Positions 40,768 to 54,039 of a DNA stretch of 64,000 bases are shown one piece after another; position 1 is the first letter of the stretch, and every line of letters starts with the position of its first letter. A model generated the notes under the pieces. The model was not told where the DNA came from. It did no database searches and saw only the letters and a program-made list of their open reading frames with translations. The stretch is from positions 68,014,001 through 68,078,000 of the forward strand of contig OX597825.1 of the NCBI GenBank assembly GCA_951406725.2, in the 5' to 3' direction. The stretch is from Octopus vulgaris (Eukaryota). A program made the position numbers and the translations under genes.

Positions 40768-41738
40768 CATGTGCTCATACATACATATGTACAACAGGCT
40801 TCTTTCAGTTTCTTTCTATCAAATTCACTCCCAAGGCTTTGGTCAGATCGGGACCAAAGTAGAATATATTTGCCCAAGATGCTATGTGGTGGAACTGAAC
40901 TCAAAGCCACACGGTTGGGAAGCAAGCTTCTTAACCATACAACCACACTTGCACCCAAACAAAATAATGTAGTGATAGAAGATAGAAGCAATAAAGTATC
41001 AAGCTCAATGGTTTGCAGTATTTACTTTCATTACTGTAGGGTCTGGATTCAAATTCTACGGAGGTCAAATTTTTCTTTCCATTTCACTTGTGGCCAATGT
41101 AATAGTTGTTATATAATTAGGTCAATATTAATCAACTATTCTAGTCTTCTCTTACAAATTTGAGGTCTTAAACCAATAAAAGAAAAAGAAATCAATACAT
41201 TATACCCTGAAGCTTGTTCACCCTTTAAATTTGGAGTGATCAATAATTGATTTACTGAAGGTATCTGATAAATGGAAGTTATCAATACGTGATTCTGATT
41301 ATAAGAATATTTTTAAAAAGTATAAAAAATTCAATTTTAAAATATTAATTTTCACAATATTTTGGCAGCTAACATGACAAGCTCAAACTCTAATTAGCAT
41401 AGCTAAAAGGGGATAAATGGCAACCAACAACACAAAGTTAATGTTTGATGTAGTTAACGGTTTAGAAAAGAAGTAGGTGGGGAATTCCATATGGTTTCTA
41501 ATGCAAATTAAGGTACAAAAGATGTGCTGTTGGTGGATTACAGACAGGCTAACAGAGAAGAAGGTCTCTGTGTGCTGTACACGGCAGATTATGTATGAGC
41601 AGGGTTAATTAACAAGAATACCTATTAAATAACAATGATGAACATAATCATTCATAACACGTTGTGGCAGTTTTTTTTAATGTGAATATGTTAATTGCTC
41701 TTGTATTTTGGTGGAGGCGCGTGGCTTAGTGGTTAGGG

Positions 41739-41958
41739 CAGTGCTTTTCAACCTTTTTGCTGGAGCGGAACCCCAAGGAAACAATTCCACTGGCTTGAGG
41801 AACCCCTGTGCAATAATTTAATAGTTTTATACACACATATCTGCACAGGAGAATTAAATATTACTGCCGATTTTAGCAGTTTTGTAACTTCTTGCGGAAC
41901 CCCTGGACTGTACTGGCGGAACCCTAAGGTTCCGCGGAACCCTGGTTGAAAACCACTG
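41739..41958. mobile_element. hAT-type MITE with perfect 8-bp TSD, inserted in a tRNA-SINE head
   Basis: TIRs cagtgcttttcaacc / ggttgaaaaccactg. The TSD ggttaggg occurs at 41731-41738 and 41959-41966. Confidence 0.9.
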
Positions 41959-42290
41959 GGTTAGGGTGTCAGCATCATGATCGTAAGATTGTGGTTTCGA
42001 TTCCTGGACTGGGCGACACGCTGTGTTCTTGAGCAAAAATACTTCATTTCACAATTGCTCCAGTCTACTCAGCTGGCAAAAATGAGTAACGCTGCGATGG
42101 ACTGGCGTCCCGTCCAGCTGGGGAACACATACGCCATATGCCATTGAAACCGGGAAACCAGGCCCATGAGCCTGGCTAGGCTTGAAAAGGGCGCATTTAT
42201 TATTATTATTCTTGTAATATGCTTTTGGAAAACAAATACTCTTGTCAGACAGCATATGTTCACAACACACATTTCAGCAACATAGGTGGA

Positions 42291-42337
42291 CTCTAAGACA
42301 CCAGTATTTCGATATCATTGTGTCTCTTCAGTCAAAG
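42291..42337 (-). ncRNA. Compact type I hammerhead ribozyme
   Basis: CUUUGA-CUGAAGA-GACA caauga UAUC-GAAA-UAC ug GU-GUC/UUAGAG. Stem I pairs 6/6 including G-U, and stem II has one mismatch. Confidence 0.65.
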
Positions 42338-42349
42338 ATACCTCTGGAA

Positions 42350-42735
42350 TCTCTGAATCATCTTGAAATGGTCCCCTTGTGCAGCAATACACTGGTCCCA
42401 GCATTCCTGCCACTTTTGGAATCTGGTCTGGAAGTCATTTTTCATAAGTAAGTCAAGGACCTTCTGCAATTTGTTCTAGATTTTGACAATGGTATTAAAA
42501 CGGCAACCTTTTAGCTACATTTTTATCTTAGGGAAGAGATAGAAGTCCACAGGTGCTAAATCTGGTGAAAAGGGCAGGTGCAGAAGCAATACCATGTAGT
42601 TTTTGGTGAGAAACTCCTGAATGAAGAGAGCTCAGTGAAGAATCTAATTATTCGTGTCCCATAGATCCAGTCATTTTTGCCAAATGTCCCTCCTCAAATG
42701 CTTCAAAAAGTCGCAGTAGAAATTTTTGATACCAC
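42350..42735 (-). mobile_element. Degenerate mariner 3' fragment
   Basis: The reverse translation resembles a mariner C-terminus (...LAPVDF..FP..K...F..WQECWDQCIAAQGDHF). Confidence 0.6.
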
Positions 42736-43382
42736 CTTGTATAACCTATTTCTTTACTACCCACAAGGGGCTAAACACAGAGAGGACAAACAAGGACAGA
42801 CAAACAGATTAAGTCGATTATATCAACCCCAGTGCATAACTGGTACTTATTTAATTGACCCCGAAAGGATGAAAGGCAAAGTCGACCTCGGCGGAATTTG
42901 AACTCAGAACGTAGCGGCACATGAAATACTGCTAAGCATTTTGCCCGGCGTGCTAACATTTCCGCCAGCTCACCACCCTCGTTTCTGCCAGCTCATAACC
43001 AGTTTATTAGCTAAAGGGTTAAGTTGTTAAACAGCCTCGGATTTGTGGAGGAAATCAAATAAGATACCATAACATACATATCTTTATTAAGCAAGCAAGA
43101 GAAACAGAATGATTACAAATACGAACTGAAACTGAGTTAGGAGATAAAAGCTCACTGGAGATTTGTCTCTCTTCTGCAACATTTGCCTAAGACTTTCCTC
43201 CTGTGATCTACCTGTCATCAGACAAATGAGTTAATTCCTAAATGTTTCACAATCAGTGATATCCATTAATTCAAGGAATCATCTTTAATGACTTCTTAAT
43301 GAGATCAGCAGGAGCCAAAAGAAGAAAACGAACTCAAAGCTGTAAGCTAATGAAGGCTTGCCAATCATTCAGATTTTCATCT

Positions 43383-43431
<49 letters not shown>

Positions 43432-44745
43432 GCTGCTGCTGCTGATGTTGTTGTTGTTGCTGTTGTTGTTAAGCAACAAGATGTGCAATGGTGATTAGGT
43501 GATTAGAGCTTAGGGGCAGGAAACCCCAGACCTTGGGGAAAAAAATAAAAACTTTGGTCGTCTTGTTGTAGTCGAGGGCACTTCGTTGACGCCCGACACC
43601 ACTGGGAAGTGGCCCTCAAAGTCGCTGGAAATGGAGATCTCCAGGTCCAAATTCTTGAACGGCTGCTACTGCTATTGCTGCCATTCTTATTTAACCCAAG
43701 ACCATCTCTGAAGGAGCAAATCTATGAACAAAGACATTCCAGTTGTGATCCTCCCACTTTTTTTAAGGCTACCAAGGATCGCATTCTCTAATGTGTCCTT
43801 CCTTCATTTTTCAAAACAGCAAGCTATGATTTGAGAGAGATTTGGCTGCTATTTCTTGCAGGTCAAACGACCACATAAAGGTTTCTTTATTAGCTCAATC
43901 AATCAGGTATGTAGGAAGATAGTGGACTACTAACTCAAATGTCTTGAGTTCAAGCCCACTGCAGGTGTATTTCATTATGTATGTGGCACTAGTACTAGTG
44001 TAACATAAAAAGCATCCAGAATACTCTGTAAAGTGGTTGGCGCTTGGAAGGGCATCCAGCCATAAAAGACATGCCAAAACAGACAGCTTAGCATGATGTC
44101 TAGCCAGCTCCTGTCAAACCATCCAACCCATGACAGCACGGACAGCAGACACTAGATGATGGTCTTTTATCTTTTACTTGTTTCAGTCATTTGACTGCGG
44201 CCATGCTGGAGCACCGCCTTTAGTCGAACAAATCGACCCCAGAGCTTATTCGGTGTAAGCCTAGTGCTTATTCTATTGGTCTCTTTTGCTGAACCACTAA
44301 GTTATGGGGACATAAACACACCAGCATCGGTTTTCAAGCGATGTTGGGCGGACAAACACGGACACACTAATACATACACACACATATATATATGCATATA
44401 CGACGGGCTTCTTCCAGTTTCCATCTACCAAATTCACTCACAAGGCTTTGGTCGACCCGAGGCTATAGAAGAAGACATTTTCCCAAGGTGCCACGCAGTG
44501 GGACTGAACCCATGACTATGTGATTGGTAAGCAAGCTACTTATCACACAGCCACTCCTGCACCTATGATGATGATGATGATGACTTAACACTGTTATCCT
44601 AATTCTCGAGACTGCAGTTCACCTAACTATAGAGATATCAGGCACTAAATCAACTAAGTTTTATTTAAATACTTTTAAAACCACCCCTGATTCTTTGATT
44701 CAAAACTCCCTTTTTTAAATTGGTCTTGTGGTGGTTAGGCATATA

Positions 44746-44953
44746 TAAGGGGCTGCTGAAAAGTTCCTGGCTTTAAGTAAAAGAAAATACAATTATGATT
44801 TTATTCAACATAATCCCCTTCTTAGATTCACACACTTATTGAAGTGGTCCTTCAGTTTTTTTCTAAGCCCTGTAAAAGAACCCAGAAGGCTGGGCCTCCA
44901 ACAAGAGTCTTTTGCAATACCCTTAAAGCCAGGAACTTTTCAGCACCCTCTTG
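44746..44953. mobile_element. Mariner-derived MITE (same family as 36103-36310)
   Basis: Same TIRs and internal sequence, inverted. Confidence 0.8.
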
Positions 44954-45323
44954 CACCTTCTTAGATTGTCAACAAGTTAGGAAGGTTTAGTGTGTACACA
45001 ATGACCACACGAAAGTTGAGTTCCCAACAGTAGGTTATGATTTGAGGGAGATTTGGTGGTTATTACCAGCAAGTCATACATATAGATTTTGTTGGTGAGT
45101 TTTTTTATTCCATTGGCATTCAGATTACTCAGTTAAATGTAATGCTTATTTATTCACATTGTTTTGAATTAATGATGCATTATCTTGTATCTTTGAGATT
45201 TCAATGATGTTATTGTTTATATTGATATTTACATTGTAAAGTGGGTGTGCATCATTATTGTCTACAAATGTATGTTCAATAAATTAATGGATCAATGTTC
45301 AACAAATATAACAAATATAATAT

Positions 45324-45740
45324 AGGTGCAGGAGTGGCTGTGTGGTAAGTAGCTTGCTTACCAACCACATGGTTCCAGGTTCAGTCCCACTGCGTGGCAT
45401 CTTGGGCAAGTGTCTTCTACTATAGCCTCGGGCCGACCAAAGCCTTGTGAGTGGATTTGGTAGACGGAAACTGAAAGAGGCCCATCGTATATATGTATAT
45501 ATATATATGTGTGTGTGTATGTTTGTGTGTCTGTGTTTGTCCCCCTAGCATTGCTTGACAACCGATGCTGGTATGTTTACGTCACCGTCACTTAGCGGTT
45601 CGGCACAAGAGACCGATAGAATAAGTACTGGGCTTACAAAGAATAAGTCTTGGGGTCGATTTGCTCGACTAAAGGCGGTGCTCCAGCATGGCCGCAGTCA
45701 AATGACTGAAGCAAGTAAAAGAGTAAAAGAGTAAAAGAAT
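45324..45740 (+). mobile_element. tRNA-derived CORE-type SINE (family A), representative full copy
   Basis: A box tggctgtgtgg, B box ggttcagtccc, CORE-like cttgggcaag, an internal microsatellite and a (TAAAAGAG)n tail. Copies are at 137-540, 3210-3625(-), 18070-18478(-), 29410-29805(-), 44165-44565(-), 45755-46180, 47388-47812, 58960-59685(-) and others. Confidence 0.9.
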
Positions 45741-46943
45741 AATCTTCCGTATAAAGGCACAGGTATGGCTGTGTGATAAAAAGCCTACTTCCCGACTATG
45801 TGGCCTTGGATTTAGTCCTGAAACACAGTGCCTTGGACAAGTGTGTCCTACTACAGCCCTGGGTCAACAGAAGCCTTATGAGTGAATTTGGTAAACAGAA
45901 ACTGAAAGAAGCCTGTCGTGTTTGTGTATGTATGTGTATATGTATGTATATGTATGTGTGTGTGTGTGAGTGTGTTTGTGTCTGTGTCTGTGCTCATGTT
46001 TGTCCATCACCAATTGACAAATGGTATTGGTTTATATCCCCATAACTTTGCAGTTCAGCAAAAGAAGATCAATAGAATAACTACCAGGACCCACCCCAAA
46101 AAAAGTACAGTAAAACATTTCAAGGCAGTGCTGAAGTTTGGCAGCAATCAAAAGACTAAGACAAGCAAAAAGTTAAAAAGTAAAGGGTATAATTCCCTGG
46201 ATGATGTAATAGATGTAGTGCAAAGAAATTAATCACTGCATATAAATATTATGTGTTACTTGGCATTACAAGTAAAGATGATTACCTCTGTTGACCACAA
46301 GATATGCATCTTACTTAAAAGTGGAAGAGGGGAGATAGTTATACAGATTCCCCCAACATAGCTAAGCAGCTCTCTGGTTCATTAAGTTCAGCAAGCGGAG
46401 AGAAGTGGGAAACAATCATACAAGGGAAAAGCAACATTAACTGGATAAATGTGAGATAGCTCTACCTAAAGTTGAATCCACTCATCTGTTTATTACTGTT
46501 GGCCCAAAAGTTTTAGAATCTTCAACCAGACTCACACACTTTCTTTGAAAATTACCACCACAGCATAATAAGTTCGCCAGTTCTGGTTGGTTGAGCCATA
46601 TCCATGCAGACATTTATACCTACTTCTTTACTACCCACAAGGGGCTACACACATAAAGAACAAACAAGGACAGACAAACGGATTAAGTAGATTATATCGA
46701 CCCCCAGTGTGTAACTGGTACTTATTTAATTGACCCCAAAAGGATGAAAGGCAAAGTCAACCTCAGCGGAATTTGAACTCAGAACGTAACGGCATATGAA
46801 ATACGGCTATGCATTTCACCCAGCATGCTAACGTTTCTGCCAGCTCGACGCCTTCGCAGACATTAAGACCTTTAAGGCAGCACTTTTCTCTTTATGGACA
46901 AAATGCCAGTAAGCATTTTTCCCAGAGTGCAAACAATTCTCTC

Positions 46944-47152
46944 AGCTCTCCACCTTTTTTGGAGAACAAATTAGCATGAAATTTTGAAGCAAGGTTTTTA
47001 ATTAAGATTTTCTTCCTAGATTTGAACCATTAGACCAGGAAAATCCAAGAGCCATGGTTCAAATCTAGGAAGAAACTTATTGCAATCTTAATTAAAAACC
47101 TTCCATCAAATTTTCATATTAATTTGTGTTAATAAAACAAAGGTGGAGAGCT
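46944..47152. repeat. Nested inverted repeat between head-to-head SINE heads
   Basis: Inner 22-bp perfect arms tttcttcctagatttgaaccat / atggttcaaatctaggaagaaa, plus diverged outer arms. Confidence 0.8.
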
Positions 47153-47387
47153 AGTAGGGTTAGGGTTAGGGTTAGCACACTGAGAAAAATGCTTAGCAGC
47201 CTTATCCATCTTTATGTTCCGAGTTCAAATTCCGCTGAGGTCAATTTTGCCTTTCATCCTTTCAGGGTCAAAAAATAATTACCAGTTAAACACTGGGGTC
47301 AATGAAATTAACTTGCAACTTCTCTTGAAATTGCTGGCTTTGTGCCAAAATTTGAAGCCAGTTTATGTTCCAAAAGCCAGCATAATA

Positions 47388-47555
47388 GCAGGAGTGGATG
47401 TGTGGTAAGTAGCTTGCTAACCAGCCACATGGTTCCGGGTTCAGTCCCACTGCGTGGCACCTTGGGCAAGTGTCTTCTGCTATAGCCTCGGGCTGACCAA
47501 TGCCTTGTGAGTGGATTTGGTAGACGGAAACTGAAAGAAGCCTGTCGTATATATG

Positions 47556-47589
<34 letters not shown>

Positions 47590-47812
47590 GGGTTTGTGTG
47601 TCTGTGTTTGTCCCCCTAGCATTGCTTGACAACCAATGCTGGTGTGTTTATGTCCCCGTTACTTAGTGGTTCGGCAAAAAGAGACCGATAGAATAAGTAC
47701 TGGGCTTACAAAAAGAATAAGTGCCGGGGTCGAGTTGCTCGATTAAAGGCGGTGCTCCAGCATGGCCGCAGTCAAATGACTGAAACAAGTAAAAGAGTAA
47801 AGAGTAAAAGAG
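47388..47812 (+). mobile_element. SINE family A full copy
   Basis: Near-identical to 45324-45740. Confidence 0.9.
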
Positions 47813-48944
47813 TATAATAATGACAAAGATATCTTAATAAATTCTTTGTAATTTTCAAAATTAATTCAATCAAAAATTGTATTTCAGCAGAAATATGGTA
47901 ACAGAAAATGTTAAGCGTCTTGGTCAGGTACACAGCATACAGGATGTCTCTAGTATATGATAGGAAGCATCAACCCTGCTAACGCACCACCATCACAGCT
48001 ATTTACAGCTTTCACCTAAAGCTGCAATCATAATAGTCGACGGAATATATTACCCTTTAGTTTTTCCAGTAGGTTCTTCAAACCATTTCATGAATTCCAA
48101 CATCTGAATAATAACCCAGCATGACATGATGAAAAGATAATTGGCTTTCTGGAGCATATGTTCATATATTAAACCACCAACTTGCAAGCTTGCAAGGTTT
48201 CTTAGATGCTTTCTGTCATTAATTGCTATTCCTCTGTTGATATTCCAGGAAAAATAACTGAATACTTTCAGTGAAGTGGTTGTTTCCTTTGAAAAGGTTT
48301 TTCCAGAAAATTTATTGAAAGTAACAAAATTATCGGAAATTAATTTTCCTAGCTACATTCTATGCATTATTAAAAAAAAAAGAAAAAAAGAAAAAAAAAA
48401 CCTCAGATTTTTAATATGTCTGTGTCATTGTCAAAAGAAAATTCTTTATTTTTTATAATGACAGAATCAAAGAATATATTCTTCCTATCCAAATTCTTCT
48501 CTGCTATTTCAAGAACTTACTAGAAGCAAGATAGCTAAAGCACTATTTGATTATCAATTCACATTTTGAGTTCAAATCGATAGTAAAGATACTTTGTGTC
48601 TCCGGAGAAGACATTTAATTCTGCATACTTCAGTTCATCTAGTTTCTTGGAAGATGTACCAGATCATTTGGGAATATTGATTGCAATAAAATTAATGCCA
48701 TATTTAGGGCAGCTCTTGTCTCTTATCTATGCAATCATTGTCTTACAACCAAAGTTGAGCATTGAACATCATGGGTTCTCAAGATTTTGGAGATATCTCA
48801 GATCATTCAAAGTATATCAAAGTTACATTACCATAACATTGATAAAGTGGTTTATAAATGTTTATTTTTTATCTTTTACCCATTTTAGTTAATGGAATAT
48901 GGTCATGCTGAAACATCATTTTAGATGGGTTTAGTCAATTTTGA

Positions 48945-49370
48945 AGGCAGCAAGCTGGCAGAAATGTTAGAACACCAGGCAAAATGCTTAGCGGTATTTC
49001 ATCTGCCATTGCGTTCTGAGTTCAAATTCCGCCAAGGTTGATTTTGCCTTTCATCCTTTCGGGGTCAATAAATTAAGTACCAGTTATGCACTGGGGTCAA
49101 TGTAATCGACTTAATCCATTTGTCTGTCCTTGTTTGTCCCCTCTATGTTTAGCCCCTTGTGGGTAATAAAGAAACAGGTATTTCATCTGCCGTTACTTTC
49201 TGAGTTCAAATTCCGCCGAAGTCGACTTTGCCTTTCATCCTTTCAGCGTCAATAAATTAAGTACCAATAATGCACTGGGGTCGATATAATCAACTTAATC
49301 CCTTTGTCTGTCCTTGTTTATCCCCTCTATGTTTAGCCCCTTGTAGGTAATAAATAAATAAGAAATAAGA
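48945..49370 (+). mobile_element. tRNA-derived Meta-type SINE (family C) with internal tandem duplication
   Basis: B box gagttcaaattcc plus gcctttcatcctttcggggtc.ataaattaagtacc (MetaSINE-like domain), present twice. Other copies are at 17615-17825, 17905-18070, 25030-25240(-), 26635-26850(-), 42745-42980(-), 46620-46855(-), 47140-47360 and 63180-63390. Confidence 0.8.
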
Positions 49371-51447
49371 AGGGCTTAGTCAATGAAATGCACCCCCTGC
49401 ACCCACAGTTTTTATTTTTAAGTCAGGTACTTATTCTATCACTCTGAACCCCTAATTTACCTCTAAGTTATACAACCTAAACAAACCAACACCAGCTACC
49501 AAGTGGTGAAAGGACAAACACAAAAACACATGTACACATACACACACATACACACACACACACAAACACACATACACTTACACATACACACATACACACA
49601 TACATATACATATACATACACACACATACACACACACATACATGCATACACAGACACAGAGGCTTCTATACAGTTTCCATGTACCAAATTCACTCACAAG
49701 GTATTAGTTGACCTGAGCCTATAATAAAATGACTCAAGATGCCATAGAATGGGATTGAACCCAAAACCATATAGTTGCAAAGTGAGTTTCTTAACCACAC
49801 AGCCACGCCTGAACCAAGTTAAAAATAAAAAGTAAAATTGAATTTTCATTGCTGAATATTAAGAAGTTAATAAAACTGAATTTTCATGGTTGAATATTAA
49901 AAAGTTAATAAAATTCTAATGTTCCATACACTGAAGAAAATCTGTTTTCTAAACCGATGATCGCCATCATTTAACATTTGTCTTCCATGCTAGCATGGGT
50001 CAGACAGTTCAGTAGTGCCAAACAGGTTGAAGGACTGCATCATACCCCAGTACCTACATTGGCATTGTTACTGCAGCTGTATACCCTCCCTATCACCAAC
50101 CACTTTACAGAGTGTACAGGGTGATTTTTAAGTAGCACCTGTGTTGGTGGCATGTAAGAAACACTCATTACATTTTTGAAGTGGTTCGATTTAGGAAGGG
50201 CATCCATCCGGCTGTGGAAACCGTGCCAAATCAGCCTGGAACTTGGTGCAGCTCTCCAGCTTACCAATTCCAGTCAAACCATCTAATCCATGCCAGTATG
50301 GAAACCAGATGCTAAATGATGACGATGATGATGATGATGATGATGACGACGACAAAGATGACGATGACAATGACGATGACGATGACGGTGATGATGATGA
50401 TGACGATGACGATGACGATGACGACGGTGACGGTGACGGTGATGGTGATGATGATGATGATGATGATGACGATGATGATGATGATGAGATACATATTTGC
50501 CAGAATGAGATGATTGGGCATAGGTGTTTCAATGCCAACAATTTGGCATGACTCACTGGACACTTGAAACCAGTTTTGCTGACTGTACTTTTCGGCACTG
50601 GAGGCAAAAGCAACACGTCCAAGTGTATGCAGAAATACACATATAGAGTGAAAAAGAGAGAGAAACAGAGTGAGAGAGAGAGAGAGAGACATTATTGTTT
50701 ATTAATCAAACACAACTGACATAAACACTTTCTCTCTCCTCAAGCACATGCAAGGAAATATACCAAAACACATAAACTGAGATGGGGGGGAAAGAGTGAA
50801 AGAAACATTAAAATGATAGAAACATTAAAACGCCTGATGTCAAATAAGTCAGCATTGAATCATCTGTGCCAAAACATACCCTGTACTTGCATACACACAC
50901 ACACATGCCCATATCATGTTTAAAGTACTGGATCTTGTCCAAACACCAAAGTTGGACAATGTCAAGCTTCGTTAATAGTTAGATGGGTAACTGCTTAGGA
51001 AACCTAGATGCTGTAAGTGTAACATTACACATGTACATACATATCTGTGTGTGTATAGCTGTGCTCACACACACACACACAAACACACGCCATACACATA
51101 TACATACAAATATACATAAATACACACATAAACGCATACATGCATGCACACACACATACATATACATATATACATACACATAGACATACAAATAAACAAG
51201 CACACATACACATATACATACAAATATACATAAATATACACATACACACAAACATGCATGCACACACACACATATACACATACATATATACATTCACATA
51301 TTCATAGAAATATACATGAATACACATGCACACACATACAACCATGCACACACATACACACACACACATGCATAAACACATACAGAATGTATTCAACACA
51401 TGCAGTGTTCAAATCCTGAAGCAATATTACAATATTTTACTCTGTTA

Positions 51448-51505
<58 letters not shown>

Positions 51506-52084
51506 CATGCACACATACATACATATATACACATACTTGCATGGATATATATACATACATTCATACACACACACACACATAAACACATAAATACATACAT
51601 GCATGCATGCACATAAGATGCTTATCCTTTATGTATATATATGTGCATGTATAGACATGCAGCTATATGCATGAGAATACATACATAAAACAAAGCATAC
51701 AAATTTGCACATGCATTGATTCCAAATACTACATATATACATGCAGGAATACCTCATTGATGTTATTGAAATTCCAATGAAAGATCCTTGGATCTAGATT
51801 AGAAACTGGCTCTTTTTCAATTGGCAAGAAATCTTGAAATAAAACTAAACAAGATCACTCAGGGAGCACAGACCTCCGCCAAGGCAACACCAATGTCCTC
51901 TCAACGATTAACCAGAAATGATTTTTAAAATGAGAGTATCTGAAATAAACTCAACTGCTCTCACAAGCGAGAGTACTAAAACTGAACCTGACCGCTCTCA
52001 AAATTTAAGGGAAAAATAATCCAGAATCCTTATCTGATACCAGATCATACAGTTCTACATTTAAAAGATGAGGAATTATGTACA

Positions 52085-52218
52085 TTGTTTACAATTGACG
52101 GATATTTGTTCTCATCTTGTTTGTTGTTAACACAACCTTTCAGCTGGAGGATATATCAGCCAAAACGTTGTGTTAACATCAAACAAGTTGAGGACAAATA
52201 TCCATCAATTGTAAATAA
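52085..52218. repeat. Fold-back of a repeat with a truncated hammerhead 3' half
   Basis: The ~60-bp arms are ttgtttacaattgacggatatttg... and ...caaatatccatcaattgtaaataa. The centre is gctg-gaggatatat-cagc-c-aaaacgtt, a stem II plus a decayed GAAACGUU. Confidence 0.75.
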
Positions 52219-52399
52219 CGATACCAGATTGATCCCAAAACCTAATCTGTTCATGCCAGTCAAGAGGCCAAACATCCCTGAAATTTTCATCTGAAGCCAT
52301 CCAGTGGTTCTTGAGACATCTTGTCCACAGACAAACAAACAAACAAACACAACTGAAAACAATACCTCTGCTTTTGCTAAGGCAGAGATAATAATGATA

Positions 52400-52680
52400 T
52401 AGTTACTCTATCCAGATTACAATTTCAGCTTTATACCTGTAATTATTGGGGTCCTGGGATATGTAACACACTGCCTAAATACCAATCTTGAGAAATTAGG
52501 CTTCTTAAAACCAGAAAGGAGAAAGCTAATTTGAAGACTACACATCCAATCCATCACTGGAACTGTAAAAATCAGTAATACTGTTCAGAAGTTTATCATT
52601 TAAACATATATGAACATGTCTAGATATGTAGCTATATGCATGAGAATACATACATAAAGCAAGACATACAAATCTGCACA
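52400..52680 (+). mobile_element. R4/Dong-like (RLE) LINE 3' end
   Basis: IPVIIGVLGYVTHCLNTNLEKLG. A homologous minus-strand copy at ~32410-32607 plus 33716-33890 is split by the mariner. A 3' UTR piece lies at ~51640-51850. Confidence 0.65.
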
Positions 52681-53933
52681 TGTACATACATACACACATA
52701 CATAGATACATACATACATACATGCATGCACACATACATACATACATACATACATACATACATACATACATACATACATTGTACATATGTTCGTGTGTGT
52801 GTGTGTGTGTGTCTTTGTATCTGTGTTTGTTCCCCTCCACCACTTGTCAATTGGTATTGGTGTATTTACATCCCCATAACTTAATGGTTCAGCAAAAGAT
52901 ACTGATTGAATAAGTTTTTTTATTTATTTTTATGCGCCCTTTTTAAGTCTAGCCAGGCTCATGGACCCGGTGTCCCGGTTTCTATGGCGTATGTGTTCCC
53001 CCCAGCTGGACTGGACGCCAGTCCATCGCAGCGTTACTCAAGAAACAAGAAGAAAGAGTGAGAGAAAGTTGTGGCGAAAGAGTACAACAGGGGTCGCCAC
53101 CGCCCCCTGCAGGATCCTCGTGGAGCTTTAGGTGTTTTCGCTCAGTAAACACACACAACGCCCGAGGAATCTAGGAATCGAAACTGTGATCCTCCAACCG
53201 CGAGTCCGCTGCCCTAACCACTGGGCCATTGCGCCTCCGATTGAATAAGTACCAGGCTTTAATAAAAAATACATACTAAGGTCGATTCACTCAACTAAAA
53301 ATTGTTCAAGGCAATGCCCCAGCATGGCCACAGTCAAATGACTGAAACAAGTAAAAGATAAAAGGCGAAAAAATTCAATAGAATTATTCAGACAGAATTT
53401 TCTTTTCACTGAAGATATCTTAGGCTATAATGATTCAAGTAACTTTATACTCAAATCTTTCTATTTTCTTTCAATTAATTAAAAAAAAAAATTATAATAT
53501 ATAACTTAAGCTTTCAAAAAAGAAACTCACTTTGTAATAAAACCTACTTTGATATGGTTCTTTCTTTTTATATAAATGTTGGGTCAATTTGAAAAACTAA
53601 AATTGAATTTTCATAATTTGACTATGAGTTTGTATGAAGAAAACTATCAAATCTTTTTTCCGCAAAATAAATTTTAAAACATAAAGAAAAATGGTGGTGG
53701 GGAAAATATCATTTTTAGGATGAAGTATAAAAGTTAATTACAAGACTACCAATATAGTGTGGGTTATAAATAAATATCTATGCTAGGTTATCAGCATAGC
53801 TATGTGGTTAACAACTTCAGCTCTCAACCACATGGTTCCATGTTCAACTCCACTGTGTGGCACCTTGAGCAAGTGTTTTCTAATTTACTCTTGTACTGTG
53901 GAAATTTGACAGAATTCCATCATATATATGTGA

Positions 53934-53999
<66 letters not shown>

Positions 54000-54039
54000 T
54001 CACGTACATACATACACACACACACACATAATGTACTGT

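Noticed and set aside
43177-43227. Minus-strand CUGAUGA...GAAA with complementary flanks
   Set aside because: There is no stem II pairing and the stem I register is inconsistent with the core.
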